Shown here: positions 1 through 11,611 of the stretch, piece by piece
How positions within the stretch are numbered: the first letter of the stretch is position 1
Layout: each line of letters starts with the position of its first letter
Assembly (NCBI GenBank): GCA_977016875.1
Contig: CDRNST010000049.1
Span: 5,208,001-5,272,000 of the forward strand
DNA: 64,000 bases
Direction: 5' to 3'
Origin: Pavona decussata
Taxonomy: Eukaryota
Program-made: the position numbers and the translations under genes
Notes under the pieces: generated by a model
What the model saw: only the letters and a program-made list of their open reading frames with translations
The model's database searches: none
What the model was told of the DNA's origin: nothing

Positions 1-229
1 ATGAGAGGAGAGGATGCACATGTTCGCTTCTTTTAGGGAAATTTCCTTAAAACAATTTTATAGGACTGTAGAACATCCCATCTATTTTATCAGTCTCATG
101 GCTTTGGCGGTATCAACAAATGGGTGGACCGTAATTGGACACAGATACGTCATAAACACAAGCTATGTCCTCTTCATTCCTTTCCTATTTCTTCATGTTG
201 TCAGCTAAGTAAAGACTGTTTAACATTTC

Positions 230-1770
230 CCTGAATCGTCGTCCAGCTGTATCAACAGAACCGCTTTCGAGTGCCACTGGATTATCCTCAGAACTTCCTG
301 ATGGAGTGTCTTTCGTAATATTCACAACAAGTAAAACTGATTAGCTTTCACCCAACTTCAAGTGTTTTACTTGTTAGAAAACAAGCACATATGGTAATTT
401 TGGGCCCACAAAATAGTGGTGGATATCTGGATAATAAGAAATGTTCAATATATCAAAATTCAAAGATGTGTCTGTGGCTTTCAGGAAAAAATATAGTTTG
501 TTTTCAATAGTTTCCTTTGTCTCGTGATTCCAAGAAGAGACTTCAAGACAAAGAAAGCCATTTGAAACAAAATATAGAATGGAGTTTTCCGAAAAATCCT
601 CAGAGTCATATTAAAAACTGATATCAAATGTGGCCTATAAAAAGACTCTATAATCATACAGTACATATAGCTTGTGTCGAAGACCTAGAAACGCCTAGAA
701 ATTAAACGACCTGACAGTAGGAAGGTATGAAGACTACTACTTACACTTCATCTTCTTCCAGCAGCACAAGAGGTGGCTTCTCTGAAACAGGCTCCCACAT
801 GTTGCCTTCAGATGGGATTTCAGATGGCGCCCCAAATCCATTGAAACATACCATTTGATCTAGGAATAGTGGGCTTTCATCACACTCATGAATCGACAGT
901 GTTGCCTGGTCCACAGTTTCAATAGGCAATGCAGGGTCGAGGTTCATGCTGCCAACCATAGAAAGGCTGAAATACTCTGGGGTCAAACTGGGTGACCCCA
1001 CCCAGTCATACATAGTTCCTACATGGTCACTCTTTGGAAATTTGCGTGTAATAACACCCAGTGTTATGTCTCATCGATACTTTCACATGCAGTTCACTTA
1101 TGTCAGGCTCAGCTGGCACCCTCATTTCTCTTGTCTCACGCAGACTTTCTTGAATTGCAAATTCTTCCTGGCGACGGAGAAGCTCATCCTTTTTTGCTTG
1201 TTCTTTCTCTTGATCTCTTCTTGAAGAATCTAGAAACAATTAGTCCTGTTCTTCCTCAATGAATTTCTTTCATCAGAGGTACCTACTAAACCATCAGAAA
1301 ATGTGTCCAGTCCATTGCCAAAAACTGGTTTCAATAGTTCACTGTCGTTGTCATCGATGGTCCTGGTCAAGAGGTAAAGCCTAACTTTGTAAGTTTGTAC
1401 TTAGCAATATACTTTGCCAGTGTGAACTGCTCCTCTACTTCTTCGCCTTTAAAGTTTCCAACTTTAAATGTCATTATATCCGCTTAACCAAATGTGGACA
1501 TCCCATCAGGGAAATAAATCTCTTTCATTATGCTAAGCACGTCGACATATGAACTTTGAATTGGAACAGACATTTCCCTTGTTCCTCCTCCCTTCGCAAG
1601 TCGTACACTGACATACCGCTTTTCATTCTCACTATAATGCTGCCACCCAGCCTGGATCTTTTTATAAGTCTGGGTCTTTTTACAAGGTGGTGATTGAGGG
1701 TAATCATCGGATGGACAAAACTTTCCCCTGCTAGAGGCTGCCTTACAATTTCTGGAAGTTGTACCAATAG
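230..1770 (-). pseudogene. Decayed gene with ubiquitin-like and UBX-like segments (N-terminal part of a G2E3/HECT-like mobile-element protein)
   Basis: Minus-strand translation ~1690-1370 reads KKIQAGWQHYSENEKRYVSVRLAKGGGTRE...YFPDGMSTFG*...KVRLYLLT. It is followed by a coiled coil plus RVPAEP (ORF 1027-1239) and MYDWVGS (741-1013), a UBX-like arrangement. Stops and frameshifts present. Confidence 0.5.
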
Positions 1771-1774
1771 AATT

Positions 1775-1956
1775 CTTATTACGTGTAGAATAGATACCAA
1801 AATTTGTGCTATTAAACTTTTTGTGTAGATCTTTCGATTTCCTTGTATAATGATTATGAATTTGATTATTTTCTATACAAAAATCATTAAAATATTTCGG
1901 TGGTGTATTTCTGCTAAGGTTAAAACTGAAAGAGCTTATGAGAAGATCATTAATCT
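1775..1956 (-). mobile_element. LINE-A, 3' piece of ORF2 (continues from 11612)
   Basis: Translates KINDLLISSFSFNLSRNTPPKYFNDFCIENNQIHNHYTRKSKDLH, the HxHxTR tail of CR1/L2 ORF2. Joins in frame to LLNIC at 11612. Confidence 0.75.
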
Positions 1957-4315
1957 GGGAGTAATTCTAGATGAAAATTTAAACCGGAAGTCCAAAATCT
2001 TACATGTGGCTAACAAAGTCTCAAAGTCTATCGGAATAATTCGCAAATCTAAATTCTACTTGTTGACAAAATCTCTGCGAACATTATGTTTTTCACCAGT
2101 CCAGCCATACTTTTTTTACTGCAACTTAATTTTGGCCTCCACTTACAAATCTAACCTTGTTCGTCTTGAAATTCTTCAGAAACGAATGATGAGAACTATA
2201 GCTAAAACCCATTTCTATGCACATACTGATCCAATCTTTAGAAAACTTGGGATTTTAAAATTTCATGACATACACCTATTTCAATTAGGTTTATTCATGT
2301 ACTCTTACCAAAACGGGTTCGGACAAAACATGGGGTAGGCCATGGGGTAGGCCATGGTGTAGGCCATGGGGTAGGCCATGGCCTACCGGTGGTTAATTTC
2401 TTAAAAAAAAAATCCCAAACAAATATGTTTGGTCCCGAATACCGTCAAATTCCTATTTTGATCCCAGGGACAACTTTTTATTACCGGTAAAGACGGTAAA
2501 GCTCATTTCCCATTCAGACACATAATGTAAAAATATTTTTGAGATGCCAAATGCTGTGTCAGTTCTCCGTACTGCGTATTGTGCGTGTTTATTTTACCGA
2601 ACAGAGACGAGATGCAAGCAGGTTCACAATGTCAATCATTTTATTTTTCTCTCTTAAACAATACCGTGAGGTACAGTCGATCTCTCGTTCTATTTTTTTA
2701 CCTTCATTGTCCAAATAGATTTATAGATTTATCAGCTTAAATCATTTTAAATAAATTGAACACACTAAAAAAATTACGCGTTTCCTCTGCTTTTCTAATT
2801 ACGGTGTTTACATGCGCAGAATAAAATATGAACTAGCCAGTTCAGGCCCCCGAGATGAGGGGGGGAGGGGGGGGTATCGATAGGGGTGGTGATTAACGGA
2901 GAGAGCTAAATGCTCAATTCCGCTTTTTTAATATTACTCACTCGTTTTTTCCCCGCTACCCACTATGTGAGAGCCTAGAATAAACAAAATATTAACATGC
3001 CACGTGATTTGAAGAGAGAGATATCAAAAGGCTTTCGATTTAGAGCTTTTAAAGAACAGGCTCCGGGGATTAACACAGAACCTCTTACCACTCTCTATTT
3101 CAGCCGCCAAATAAGGCGCCTATCATAGCTAGTGGGTTTCGTACCCTCCTCCAGGAAACATCTCCCCCGGCTGTCAGTGATAATAACTCAATTTAAAGAC
3201 AACACATTTCTTATCTGTGTAATGATATTTTCAGCAAAGTTAAACCTTTAAGACCCAGCTCCGAATATTTATGCTCGTATCTTTACAACCAATAGGACCT
3301 GGGTACGAATAACAATCCAATGCAAAAAATATCATTCGACACGTTTTTGGATAAATTGGGATCGTCAGATGCAATTCTTTAACAGTATGGTGCGGAAATA
3401 TCGAGAATTTTCAATATGGATGACTTTTCGTCGATGTGAAGCCTATTTTTGCTGGAATACCGTCCAAACGACAAGGTATTTTATTGATCCATGATTGTTA
3501 TGACCTGTACTGTACGGCAAGGAAGACTAGGCTCTTAACGGGTTAAGCCATGCACAAAATTTCAGTTTAATCGATTGAATTGCTGGATGCTAGAGTAGGA
3601 TTCTCGCTGGGCACTCTTGTATGAACACACATACTTTTCGAGTACCCACTCCATATTTTGGGAACCAGTGCTCACTTTGGTGCCCGAGTTCCGTGTAGAC
3701 ACGCGTTTGTACGTAGTTCCGATACACTTTACCCACAAACCACTGAAATCCGTACATACTGTACTGGGGTGCTGAATGTGAACAATATTATAATATTTTG
3801 GAGTCTGAAGAGAGCACCATGATGATTTTCCGCCAGTACCCGGGCAAAAGAGCTCTGGCATCCTGTGTGAACACTTAATTTAGAAAATCAAGAAGCTACA
3901 TAAACACAACGCTTAACTAGCCCCACAAGAAATGATGTTTGACGTTCATGGACCCTCAGCATCGGGGGAGGAGGTTCCTTCGGTGGGGACAATCAAAAGG
4001 CAATGTTTCCATTGCAGCCGTTTGTACTGTCTCGAAACAGTCGGAAACGTTACTTGGCAAAAACAAAGTCAGAAATCCACCATAGCCATGTTTCGGGTGT
4101 TATTGTAATATATTAACCCAGAATACGTTTCAACACTCTGTACTGCGCAATCTCTGGACTGGAATATTTCGTCGAGACAGGTCGAAAACAAATTATTTAT
4201 GAGAATATGTATGAGCAAAATGGCATTTTAGGCCAAACTGTTACTTGATAGGAAGGTGCTGTGTATCACATTATTTGATCACTGTGTATTTTTCGTGCAA
4301 TCGCTAGATAATTAA

Positions 4316-4699
4316 GGCCCGGCTAAAGGATCCAACATTATGCTGGATTGTTTTTGTCACTCAAAACGTTGGGCGGCTAAACGATCAAACAATGTTGTGT
4401 CAAACATCAAACAAATTGAGCCTATAGAACGCTTTGTGTGTATTACCGCTAAAATTACGACGTGAGGTGTAGACATTTCGCTTGTGATTGCTTCCTTTAA
4501 CAAGCTCGCGCGTGTTTTGTTGGAGAGAGATGGTTCAATAATCAAACGTTCGTTTGTGAAACAAAATGTTGGAAGAAAATGTTTCATTTAGATCAAACAT
4601 GGAAGCCATTCAAATGCAACACTAGAAGAGGCGGTTAAACGATCAAATATTTACATCCAACTAATACTGAATGGAAATGTTGGATTGTTTAGCCGGGCC
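4316..4699. mobile_element. PIF/Harbinger-type MITE nested in the MULE
   Basis: TIR GGCCCGGCTAAA...TTTAGCCGGGCC flanked by TAA/TGA; internal aaacgatcaaa repeats. Confidence 0.75.
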
Positions 4700-4876
4700 T
4701 GAAGACGCAGGATTTATCATCTCATGTCTGCCTTTAACAAAGCGCATCATAACAACAAATTCAAAACAAAATTATTGGCAAACCCTGAGTCTGCGCAGTA
4801 TAGACCGTTGCATACCTTGTAGTATGTTTTAACTATTTACTCTATCCTTTTTTGATATCAGATTCAGAGCAAACGT

Positions 4877-7816
4877 TTAACCACAAGGATTGAGCCTTTG
4901 CTGTAGAAATTGAAGCTGTGCAGCATTCAGAGTGAATGGGATACTCATTCGTACACTTTCGAAGTTGAAGCTGGGATTTCGTCCCACCAGGCAATTGCGA
5001 TAAACATGAAAATGCTTATTATCAAAAGTCTTCTTCCAATAATTCTGGGTTTTGATCCATACGTAATCGTGCTCTCTATGGCGCAAACACAGTCCTTGGT
5101 CTAGCTCAGCCACCAGATAAGGATCTGGACCCTCTTTTAGTTGGCCCCCACAACCTGCACACTTGTGAACTTTGCCTTTGATTTCTATGAGCTCAAACGG
5201 AGTGCTGGTGGTGGGATCAACTGACGGTTTGGTGGGGTTGTTCCTTCTAAGAGTCACACGTAAAGCAGATGTGGTAATGGTTGTGTAATCTTCGTTAGTC
5301 TGTGCAATTACATCACCGAGGGTGCCGTGGCATGATGCCATGCTTGTCATCACATCAGGTGACTTCTTACGCTGCCCGGATTGCTGATTGGACTTCTTTT
5401 TCCCTGCAGTTTTGTTCACGGAAAATGTTGTCAACGACGTCAGATTTTCTCGGCTACGCCTGCTTTTCTTGAACCAGGAAACGAATTCCTGTAAATTGTT
5501 GCTGTAATGGGCAACTGCAACAGTGTGGGCACACAGTTTTCGTGACACAAAACCAAGACACTCTTTATCACAAGAATAACCGGCTCCTTCTCGTGAACCT
5601 AGCACTCTTTTGACGATATGAGGTTTCGAGGTAGATGTACTCTTCACAAAGAAGGTGTCACTGTCAAATCCCTCACGAATGGCATCCTCACTTTGGAGTT
5701 TGTTTGCCTCATCTGCAAGAGCTTTCACATCTTTCCTGGTAAAAGTATCAAGCAGATCCTCCAAGCATCCCGATACTGTGCAGGCGTCTCCTCCTTTTGC
5801 TGGTTCTTCTGTCAGATTATTAATGTACCCAGTGTTTGTACAGCCATCGTCAGCACCAACAGTGAATTCAAATATGCATGAAAGATTGTCGCCTGAGTCA
5901 TCTTCTTCCTCGAAAAGACTGCTTTGTCGCATCGGCGTTGTGCGGTAGCTGAGTACTTGCTTGTACCTGGTCGGGTCAACAAGAACTTTCACAGAGCTCA
6001 TGATGAGTTTACGCTCTTCTGGAGTGGCATCTAAAATCTCACTCGACTTGACACGATCTCGATATTCTTCTCGTACGATGTAAGGACTGTGAAGTCCCAA
6101 GAACGCCCTTTGTACATCACTGCGCTGTTTGTCCACCAGCTCCTTTACATCATCCACAAAAGTGCTCATGTATTTTGCCTCAAAATTCTGCCACCGCTTC
6201 ATTACAGCATTTCCAGACTCAGATACGTTGTTGCACTGCACTTCATCGCCGAATCCTGCATCTCTGGATACCTTGGCTGTTACGTGATACCATATTTCAT
6301 CTGCCTTGTGCCTGGTGAAGTATGAGGAAAATCGCGAATCTCGTCTTGTGTCCTCGCGTTCTAAGTTATCCCACTTCTGTTTGAGTTCCTCCAGTTTTTT
6401 CCAATACTCAGCTTCCTTTGAGGCATGCACAAGCCCTTCGGTGCCAAATATGTCATCAACGACAACATTAGTGACAGCCTTCGAAATCTTTAGCTTCGAA
6501 CATTGGTCTTTAATGTTCTGTTTCACATGAATTTTGCAGAGAAATGCAACAGATCTTTCGAACTCCTGCCCTAGGGCTTCACGAAGTGCTTTTTCTCCGT
6601 CTGTGGAATAGGCTTGTAGATAGGCCTTTAAACCAGGAATGCGAGCCGTCATCTTTTGGAACAGTGTGATATAGGTTGCTTTATCCTTAAGCATGCACAA
6701 CATGACTGGCCCCAACATGACTGGGCATGTGGGGGGATTAGCGTTCTTGGTATGAAGCGATGTGTTTCGGTACGATGTGACCAACACAAAAAATGGGCCC
6801 AGTTGGAAAGTTACATCCACATAAAGAATTGAGTTATGGCCATCAATATCGTTGCAGCAGAAGTTAGCAATGTCATCCAACTGCTCATCTGTGAATAAGA
6901 TCACCTTTGGAGATTCGTCATCCAAAGAGTAGGCTCGAATAAATTTCTCCCCTTCTTGAGACTCCTCTTTCATTTTTTCTGTGATCTGGAAAATAGGATC
7001 TTTCTCTACCTTCCGCGGCTGACACTCGCTCTTCAGGTACTTCACTTGCCTCTCATTTCGTGGTAGCTGACCAACAGACTTACAGTGCTGACGTCCACCC
7101 ACTTCGTCTTCTATTTGCTGAACGACTCTTTTCAATCCGGCCCTGTTTTTGGCCACAGTGGTCTTCATCTTTGACACAGTGCTCTTGTATGTCCTCAGAT
7201 ACGGGATCGCACAGCCCGACTTTGCACTTCCATGAGGATTCAGATGTATTATGTGCTCTGGAGCTCCTTCGAAGTAATAACGTACAAACACCAATTTGTG
7301 ATGACTCCCTTCAGGACGAACCACGTTAACGATGGTCTTTCTTAGTGACGCATCGCTCTTGTTAACAAATGTTCTGCGAAAGACGCTATGTCCCCCTTCC
7401 GCGTAGTCAGCCTGTTTTGTTATCTTCGTAACAAAGTCGTTCTTTCCAGTGGTTTTTAACTGATACTTCTTCACGGCTGTTTTACTTTGATTCCAGGAGC
7501 CGAGATCATCTGAAAGTATGTCTTCTGGCTCCTGCAGTTTGTCGAGATCCACCAGGAAGCAAACATTGTTTTCTACACGGACTGGGTTGGTTGAAGCGAT
7601 TAACTTGGGGTGAGACTTCTCTGCATTCAATATAAATGGTAGAACGCCGTTGTTGCTGAAGTCACCTAGGATCTTCAAAGGTATTATGGGCAGCAATCTA
7701 TTTCCTTTGTAATAATCAGGAGTGGTGCCCTCCGGTTCTGCAACTAAACTTGCCTCAGAAAAGTCCAAGTGATGAGCAAACCTGTAGAATAAGTCAACCA
7801 ACCTAATTTTAAACAT
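4877..7816 (-). CDS. MULE transposase (DDE + SWIM + C-terminal zinc finger), 979-aa uninterrupted ORF
   Basis: Motifs YVDVTF (D), STDGEKAL (D), CKIH and NNVSESGN (E); SWIM finger CDKEC...LCAH; C-terminal CAGC...HFHVYRNC. True N-terminus is probably an upstream exon (acceptor ttctacag near 7782). Confidence 0.9.
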   Translation of the reverse strand: MFKIRLVDLFYRFAHHLDFSEASLVAEPEGTTPDYYKGNRLLPIIPLKILGDFSNNGVLPFILNAEKSHPKLIASTNPVRVENNVCFLVDLDKLQEPEDILSDDLGSWNQSKTAVKKYQLKTTGKNDFVTKITKQADYAEGGHSVFRRTFVNKSDASLRKTIVNVVRPEGSHHKLVFVRYYFEGAPEHIIHLNPHGSAKSGCAIPYLRTYKSTVSKMKTTVAKNRAGLKRVVQQIEDEVGGRQHCKSVGQLPRNERQVKYLKSECQPRKVEKDPIFQITEKMKEESQEGEKFIRAYSLDDESPKVILFTDEQLDDIANFCCNDIDGHNSILYVDVTFQLGPFFVLVTSYRNTSLHTKNANPPTCPVMLGPVMLCMLKDKATYITLFQKMTARIPGLKAYLQAYSTDGEKALREALGQEFERSVAFLCKIHVKQNIKDQCSKLKISKAVTNVVVDDIFGTEGLVHASKEAEYWKKLEELKQKWDNLEREDTRRDSRFSSYFTRHKADEIWYHVTAKVSRDAGFGDEVQCNNVSESGNAVMKRWQNFEAKYMSTFVDDVKELVDKQRSDVQRAFLGLHSPYIVREEYRDRVKSSEILDATPEERKLIMSSVKVLVDPTRYKQVLSYRTTPMRQSSLFEEEDDSGDNLSCIFEFTVGADDGCTNTGYINNLTEEPAKGGDACTVSGCLEDLLDTFTRKDVKALADEANKLQSEDAIREGFDSDTFFVKSTSTSKPHIVKRVLGSREGAGYSCDKECLGFVSRKLCAHTVAVAHYSNNLQEFVSWFKKSRRSRENLTSLTTFSVNKTAGKKKSNQQSGQRKKSPDVMTSMASCHGTLGDVIAQTNEDYTTITTSALRVTLRRNNPTKPSVDPTTSTPFELIEIKGKVHKCAGCGGQLKEGPDPYLVAELDQGLCLRHREHDYVWIKTQNYWKKTFDNKHFHVYRNCLVGRNPSFNFESVRMSIPFTLNAAQLQFLQQRLNPCG

Positions 7817-8354
7817 TTGCTAATGCGAATTATACACCTACCATTTGGCGCATTTTACTCCATTTTTATAGAGAGAGTCTGGAACTAGTTCAAAATTGGC
7901 GCATGGCCTGGAACTGGTAGAAAATTGTCAACTGGAACACAAATTTCCGTTCGGATATTCCGGTTGGGAATCTTGGACTACCTCTGGAGACGTTCCGTTT
8001 ATTTTAGAAATTTTCCGGTGGGGCAAACCAAAATCGCCTTACCATTTACATTCCAGCCAAAATTTCTGGATTTTTTAGGCAAATGGTAAACACTCTGTAT
8101 ATATGCCGAGTAAACCTTTAAAACCGCGGCGTTTTGTCGATAGAGAATTTCAATTCTCAGGCTTCACGGTTCTTGAAAATGGTTTTTTTCGCCGTCATGC
8201 AGTTGAAAGATTATCAGTGATGTGATCTGTTTAAACTACTTGGATCTCGTATTTTTATAATCAGTCTCATTTACGGTTAGTTTCTGCAAAATTGATTAGA
8301 CATTTCACTTGGTCGAAAAGCTGGGGTTATTTTAGCGCAACTCTCGGATTAATT

Positions 8355-8896
8355 CTTGGTTTTGCACATGATGTCATAAAAAATTGAAATTCATAACTAA
8401 ACACAATTTTGGGTTTTTATCTTCATCACATAAAAGACAACATAAATTCCAATCGGCTCGCTTGTTTTCAGCAGGATAGCATTCGTTGTTTTAAAAATAG
8501 AGCAGTTTGAATTTTAGATTTTTGCACAGTGCGTGACAGAAGGATTGCTGCTCTAAACATGTCACGTCCATGAAAAAACGATTTGCCTCGTGTATCAGCT
8601 AACATGTAATAGAAGCGTCTATGTCAATGTGTGAAAGTTCAGCAGAGAGAAATGTCCAAGGTAAACTCCAGATGTTCTTGCTGGTTTCCGGCCGCCATGT
8701 TAGTGGTATTATAGTGCTCCACCAACTTGGCGTCCCATACTAAACTCTGTAATTTTCCGTGGTACATTTTTCGAATAACTCGATTATGAGATATCGCACA
8801 GCCCTGTGGCTTTCACACGTTGTTTATGTATGACTCTTCTACGAGGATTTTATTTTTTTACTTGCGTGACGATGTGTGAGATGAAAACCACCAATA
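8355..8896. repeat. Non-autonomous interspersed repeat with imperfect inverted ends
   Basis: Ends ttggttttgcaca / tgaaaaccaccaa; internal partly inverted ccgccatgtt...ccaacttggcg; non-coding. Confidence 0.35.
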
Positions 8897-10089
8897 GTGT
8901 TTCAGTGGAATATGAAATGCTATCCGAACAAAAGAAGATTTTTGTCACGTGCGCAGCAACAAAGTTATTTCAGCATTGACATTGAAAAGTTCCCGCCCTT
9001 GAATCGAATGGAACTAACCTTAAAAAATATGTTATTACCGGGAACCCGTTGTAATTTATTTACAATTTAGAGTGTAACCTTCGGATTATTTTTCTGTTCG
9101 AAGCTAGCGTGTTGAATGAAATTTAATACATATCATAGCGGACTGTCTTCGCGCCAAAACAATGAAGCGAAGCAAAAATCCGAAAACATTTGCCGCGTAC
9201 ATAAGTTTATTAACATGTAACTTTTGCAGCAACAAATTCTGTAAAATAGGTGCAGTTTGTCACATTATGCCTTGTACAGTACATGATGAAGAAAAATAAA
9301 TCAAGTAAGCATACGTATCCATGTATATCACGAATTGACAGATTTTTAATTGAGAGGAACTCACAGCGTTTTCCCATGGCTTCGGCGGTCCTTCTTTGAA
9401 GGAGATTCTAAATCTTCCATCAATAATGAAATCTCTTCAACACTAAGATAAAGAGAGACATAAAATGTTAACAGGTACCAATGTCTTCAGTGAAATGCGC
9501 TGCAGGACGACAGCTAGAAATTCGAAATTCTGAGCAAACCTCCGGACTACCCGTTTGGTTCCCAAGCTATTTTTGCAGCACTACACGTGTGGATTTTACA
9601 AATCGCAAGAGAACATTATTAAGCTGTTTAGACAACGAGATGTCTGGTTAGACTGACACCATAAGATTAAAAGCGGCCAAATCGAAAATCAAACATTACG
9701 TATTTTATGTGCTGGTACAAACAGTTCGGAAAGCTAGGGCTGAGGAACAGTATTTAATATAATGGCGACGGACTTGAGGTTAGATGCTTTAGGCATTTAT
9801 ATTCAAGGTGTTTTTTATGCTGACCGTAAAAACTGAAAATGAATAGCAAAGCATTCCACGTACCTTTTGTCTGAATCCTCCTCCCAATCCATGTTACTGA
9901 TCGATGACAGTTACTAAACGACGACAAAACGTATGTGCGGCACCATCGAGGGACTATGATAACACAGCTGGCCTCACGGTGAAGTGTAGCGAAGATTTCA
10001 TTCCAGTTGGCCAGCGGAATGCGTGCAATAAAAAAAAGTTTGCGCGGGAACTAAGCTATAAGGGAACCCCCACCCCCAACTCCTACTAA

Positions 10090-10767
10090 GGCCCCGTTTA
10101 TATGGAGAAAAGTTGTCCCGGGCAAGAGGGTCACCCTCCCAGCCGAGTCAACTTTAGCGAGCGTTTATATGAGAAAAAAGTTGACCCTTTTGCCCGAGCC
10201 AAGAGCTCACCGTCTAGAGATCATGAAAACATGCGAAAAAAAAAACGCCTCGAAGTCTGCAAATCAAATCGGTTGTTTTTCTTAAGTTTACAAACGTTGG
10301 CTTTTTATACCCAAGAAATTCTGGTTCCTATGGTTTTTGAAACCGAGTTAAACAATTCTGAAGTTAAAACTTCGCGGGCAAAATCGGTTTGCGAAGGCTA
10401 CACAAGTCGTGGTTGACTGAATCTAGCCGCGTGACATTTCAAGTTCTTTTCGCGTTGAATTTCGCCTGTCGTTAAGTCCGTAATCACACAAAACTGAGAT
10501 ACAAGTGTTTGTTGTGGCATGACTTGATAACACTAAACGCCAAATGATTTATATACCTTTTCATATAATTTGACTTTGTCGGCGTTGAAGTCGGTGGCAT
10601 TGAACTCGCACATTCCCAATGACAACAGAGCTCGCGCATGCTCTGATTGTCTCGCCTTGACGGAGTTGACCCGGCTAGGCGAGCCAAAGTGTTTATATGG
10701 AGAAAAGTTGGCCCGGCTAGGAGGGTGACCCTACCATCGCAAAAGGGTGACCCGGCTAGGCGGGTCA

Positions 10768-10805
<38 letters not shown>

Positions 10806-10917
10806 CGGTTCGCCAAGTTTTGTAAGGAAATGTAGGAAAAGTTGGCTCGCCCAGGGTAGCTCGGGTAGCCGGGTGACCCTTCTACCCGGGACAACTTTTC
10901 TCCATATAAACGGGGCC
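10090..10917. mobile_element. PIF/Harbinger-type MITE nested in the MULE (828 bp)
   Basis: TIR of ~47 bp, GGCCCCGTTTATATGGAGAAAAGTTGTCCCGGG...GGGTCACCC; TAA TSD at 10087-10089 and 10918-10920. Confidence 0.92.
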
Positions 10918-11611
10918 TAATAAGGAACGAAAAACTATATAATCGCCCCCCTGGGGATCAAAATAGGAATTTGACGGTATTCGGGACCAAACATATTTAA
11001 TTGGGATTTTTTTATGAAATTAACCACCGGTAGGCCATGGCCTACCCCATGGCCTACCCCATGGCCTACCCCATGTTTTGTCCGAACCCTACCAAAACCG
11101 TACCCTTCCTTTAAAATTTGACAGTAAATTCACCTTACAGGAAGAAATTCATTCGTATCATACAAGAAACTCTCATTTATATCGTTTGCCTCTTTGTCAA
11201 ACTAACATCAAACAATTTTCCGTTTTTTACCAAGGACCTAAATTTTACAACTCCTTGTGTACCGAAATCGTCAACTCATCCTCCTCTATTAAGAAAGCAC
11301 TTAAGGCATTTTTCTATAATAATTATTAGTAGTTTTCATACAAATGTGTTTAAGTATTAACTTTTCCTGTAGCTTTTCTTTTCGTAATATATCCTTCCGT
11401 TTGACATTGTAATTGTATAAAATTGTAATTGTATCCGTCGTCGTGTTCTTATCTTCTTTTTTGATTTCATCTTGTAAAATAATAACTGAGGAGATCTAAT
11501 TAATATAAGCTTCATAGTTTCTTTTAGGTCTCCTCGCCATTGTTACATCTATTTTTTGTATTTTTTTTTGTTTACATTGTATTTGTGGTGTGGCAAAATA
11601 AATAAATAAAA

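Larger units (their letters stand above)
2315..11089 (-). mobile_element. Mutator-like (MULE) DNA transposon, 8775 bp
   Basis: TIRs of ~140-155 bp (2315-2469 and ~10949-11089) starting GGGTTCGGACAAAACATGGGG. Perfect 9-bp TSD TACCAAAAC at 2306-2314 and 11090-11098. Confidence 0.95.
1957..11611 (+). mobile_element. LINE-B, 5'-truncated CR1/L2-type element (1957-2314 plus 11090-11611), split by the MULE
   Basis: LGVILDENL...FMYSYQN (ORF 1850-2338) continues as YQNRTLPLKF...HSYHTR...GPKFYNSL (11078-11329). 3' UTR ends in (AAAT)n at 11596-11611. Confidence 0.9.

Noticed and set aside
7830-8095. MITE with ...AAATGGTAAACAC end
   Set aside because: Left end too degenerate and no TSD; boundaries cannot be supported.
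10102-10894. ORFs of 104, 136 and 62 aa
   Set aside because: Chance frames inside a GC-rich MITE.
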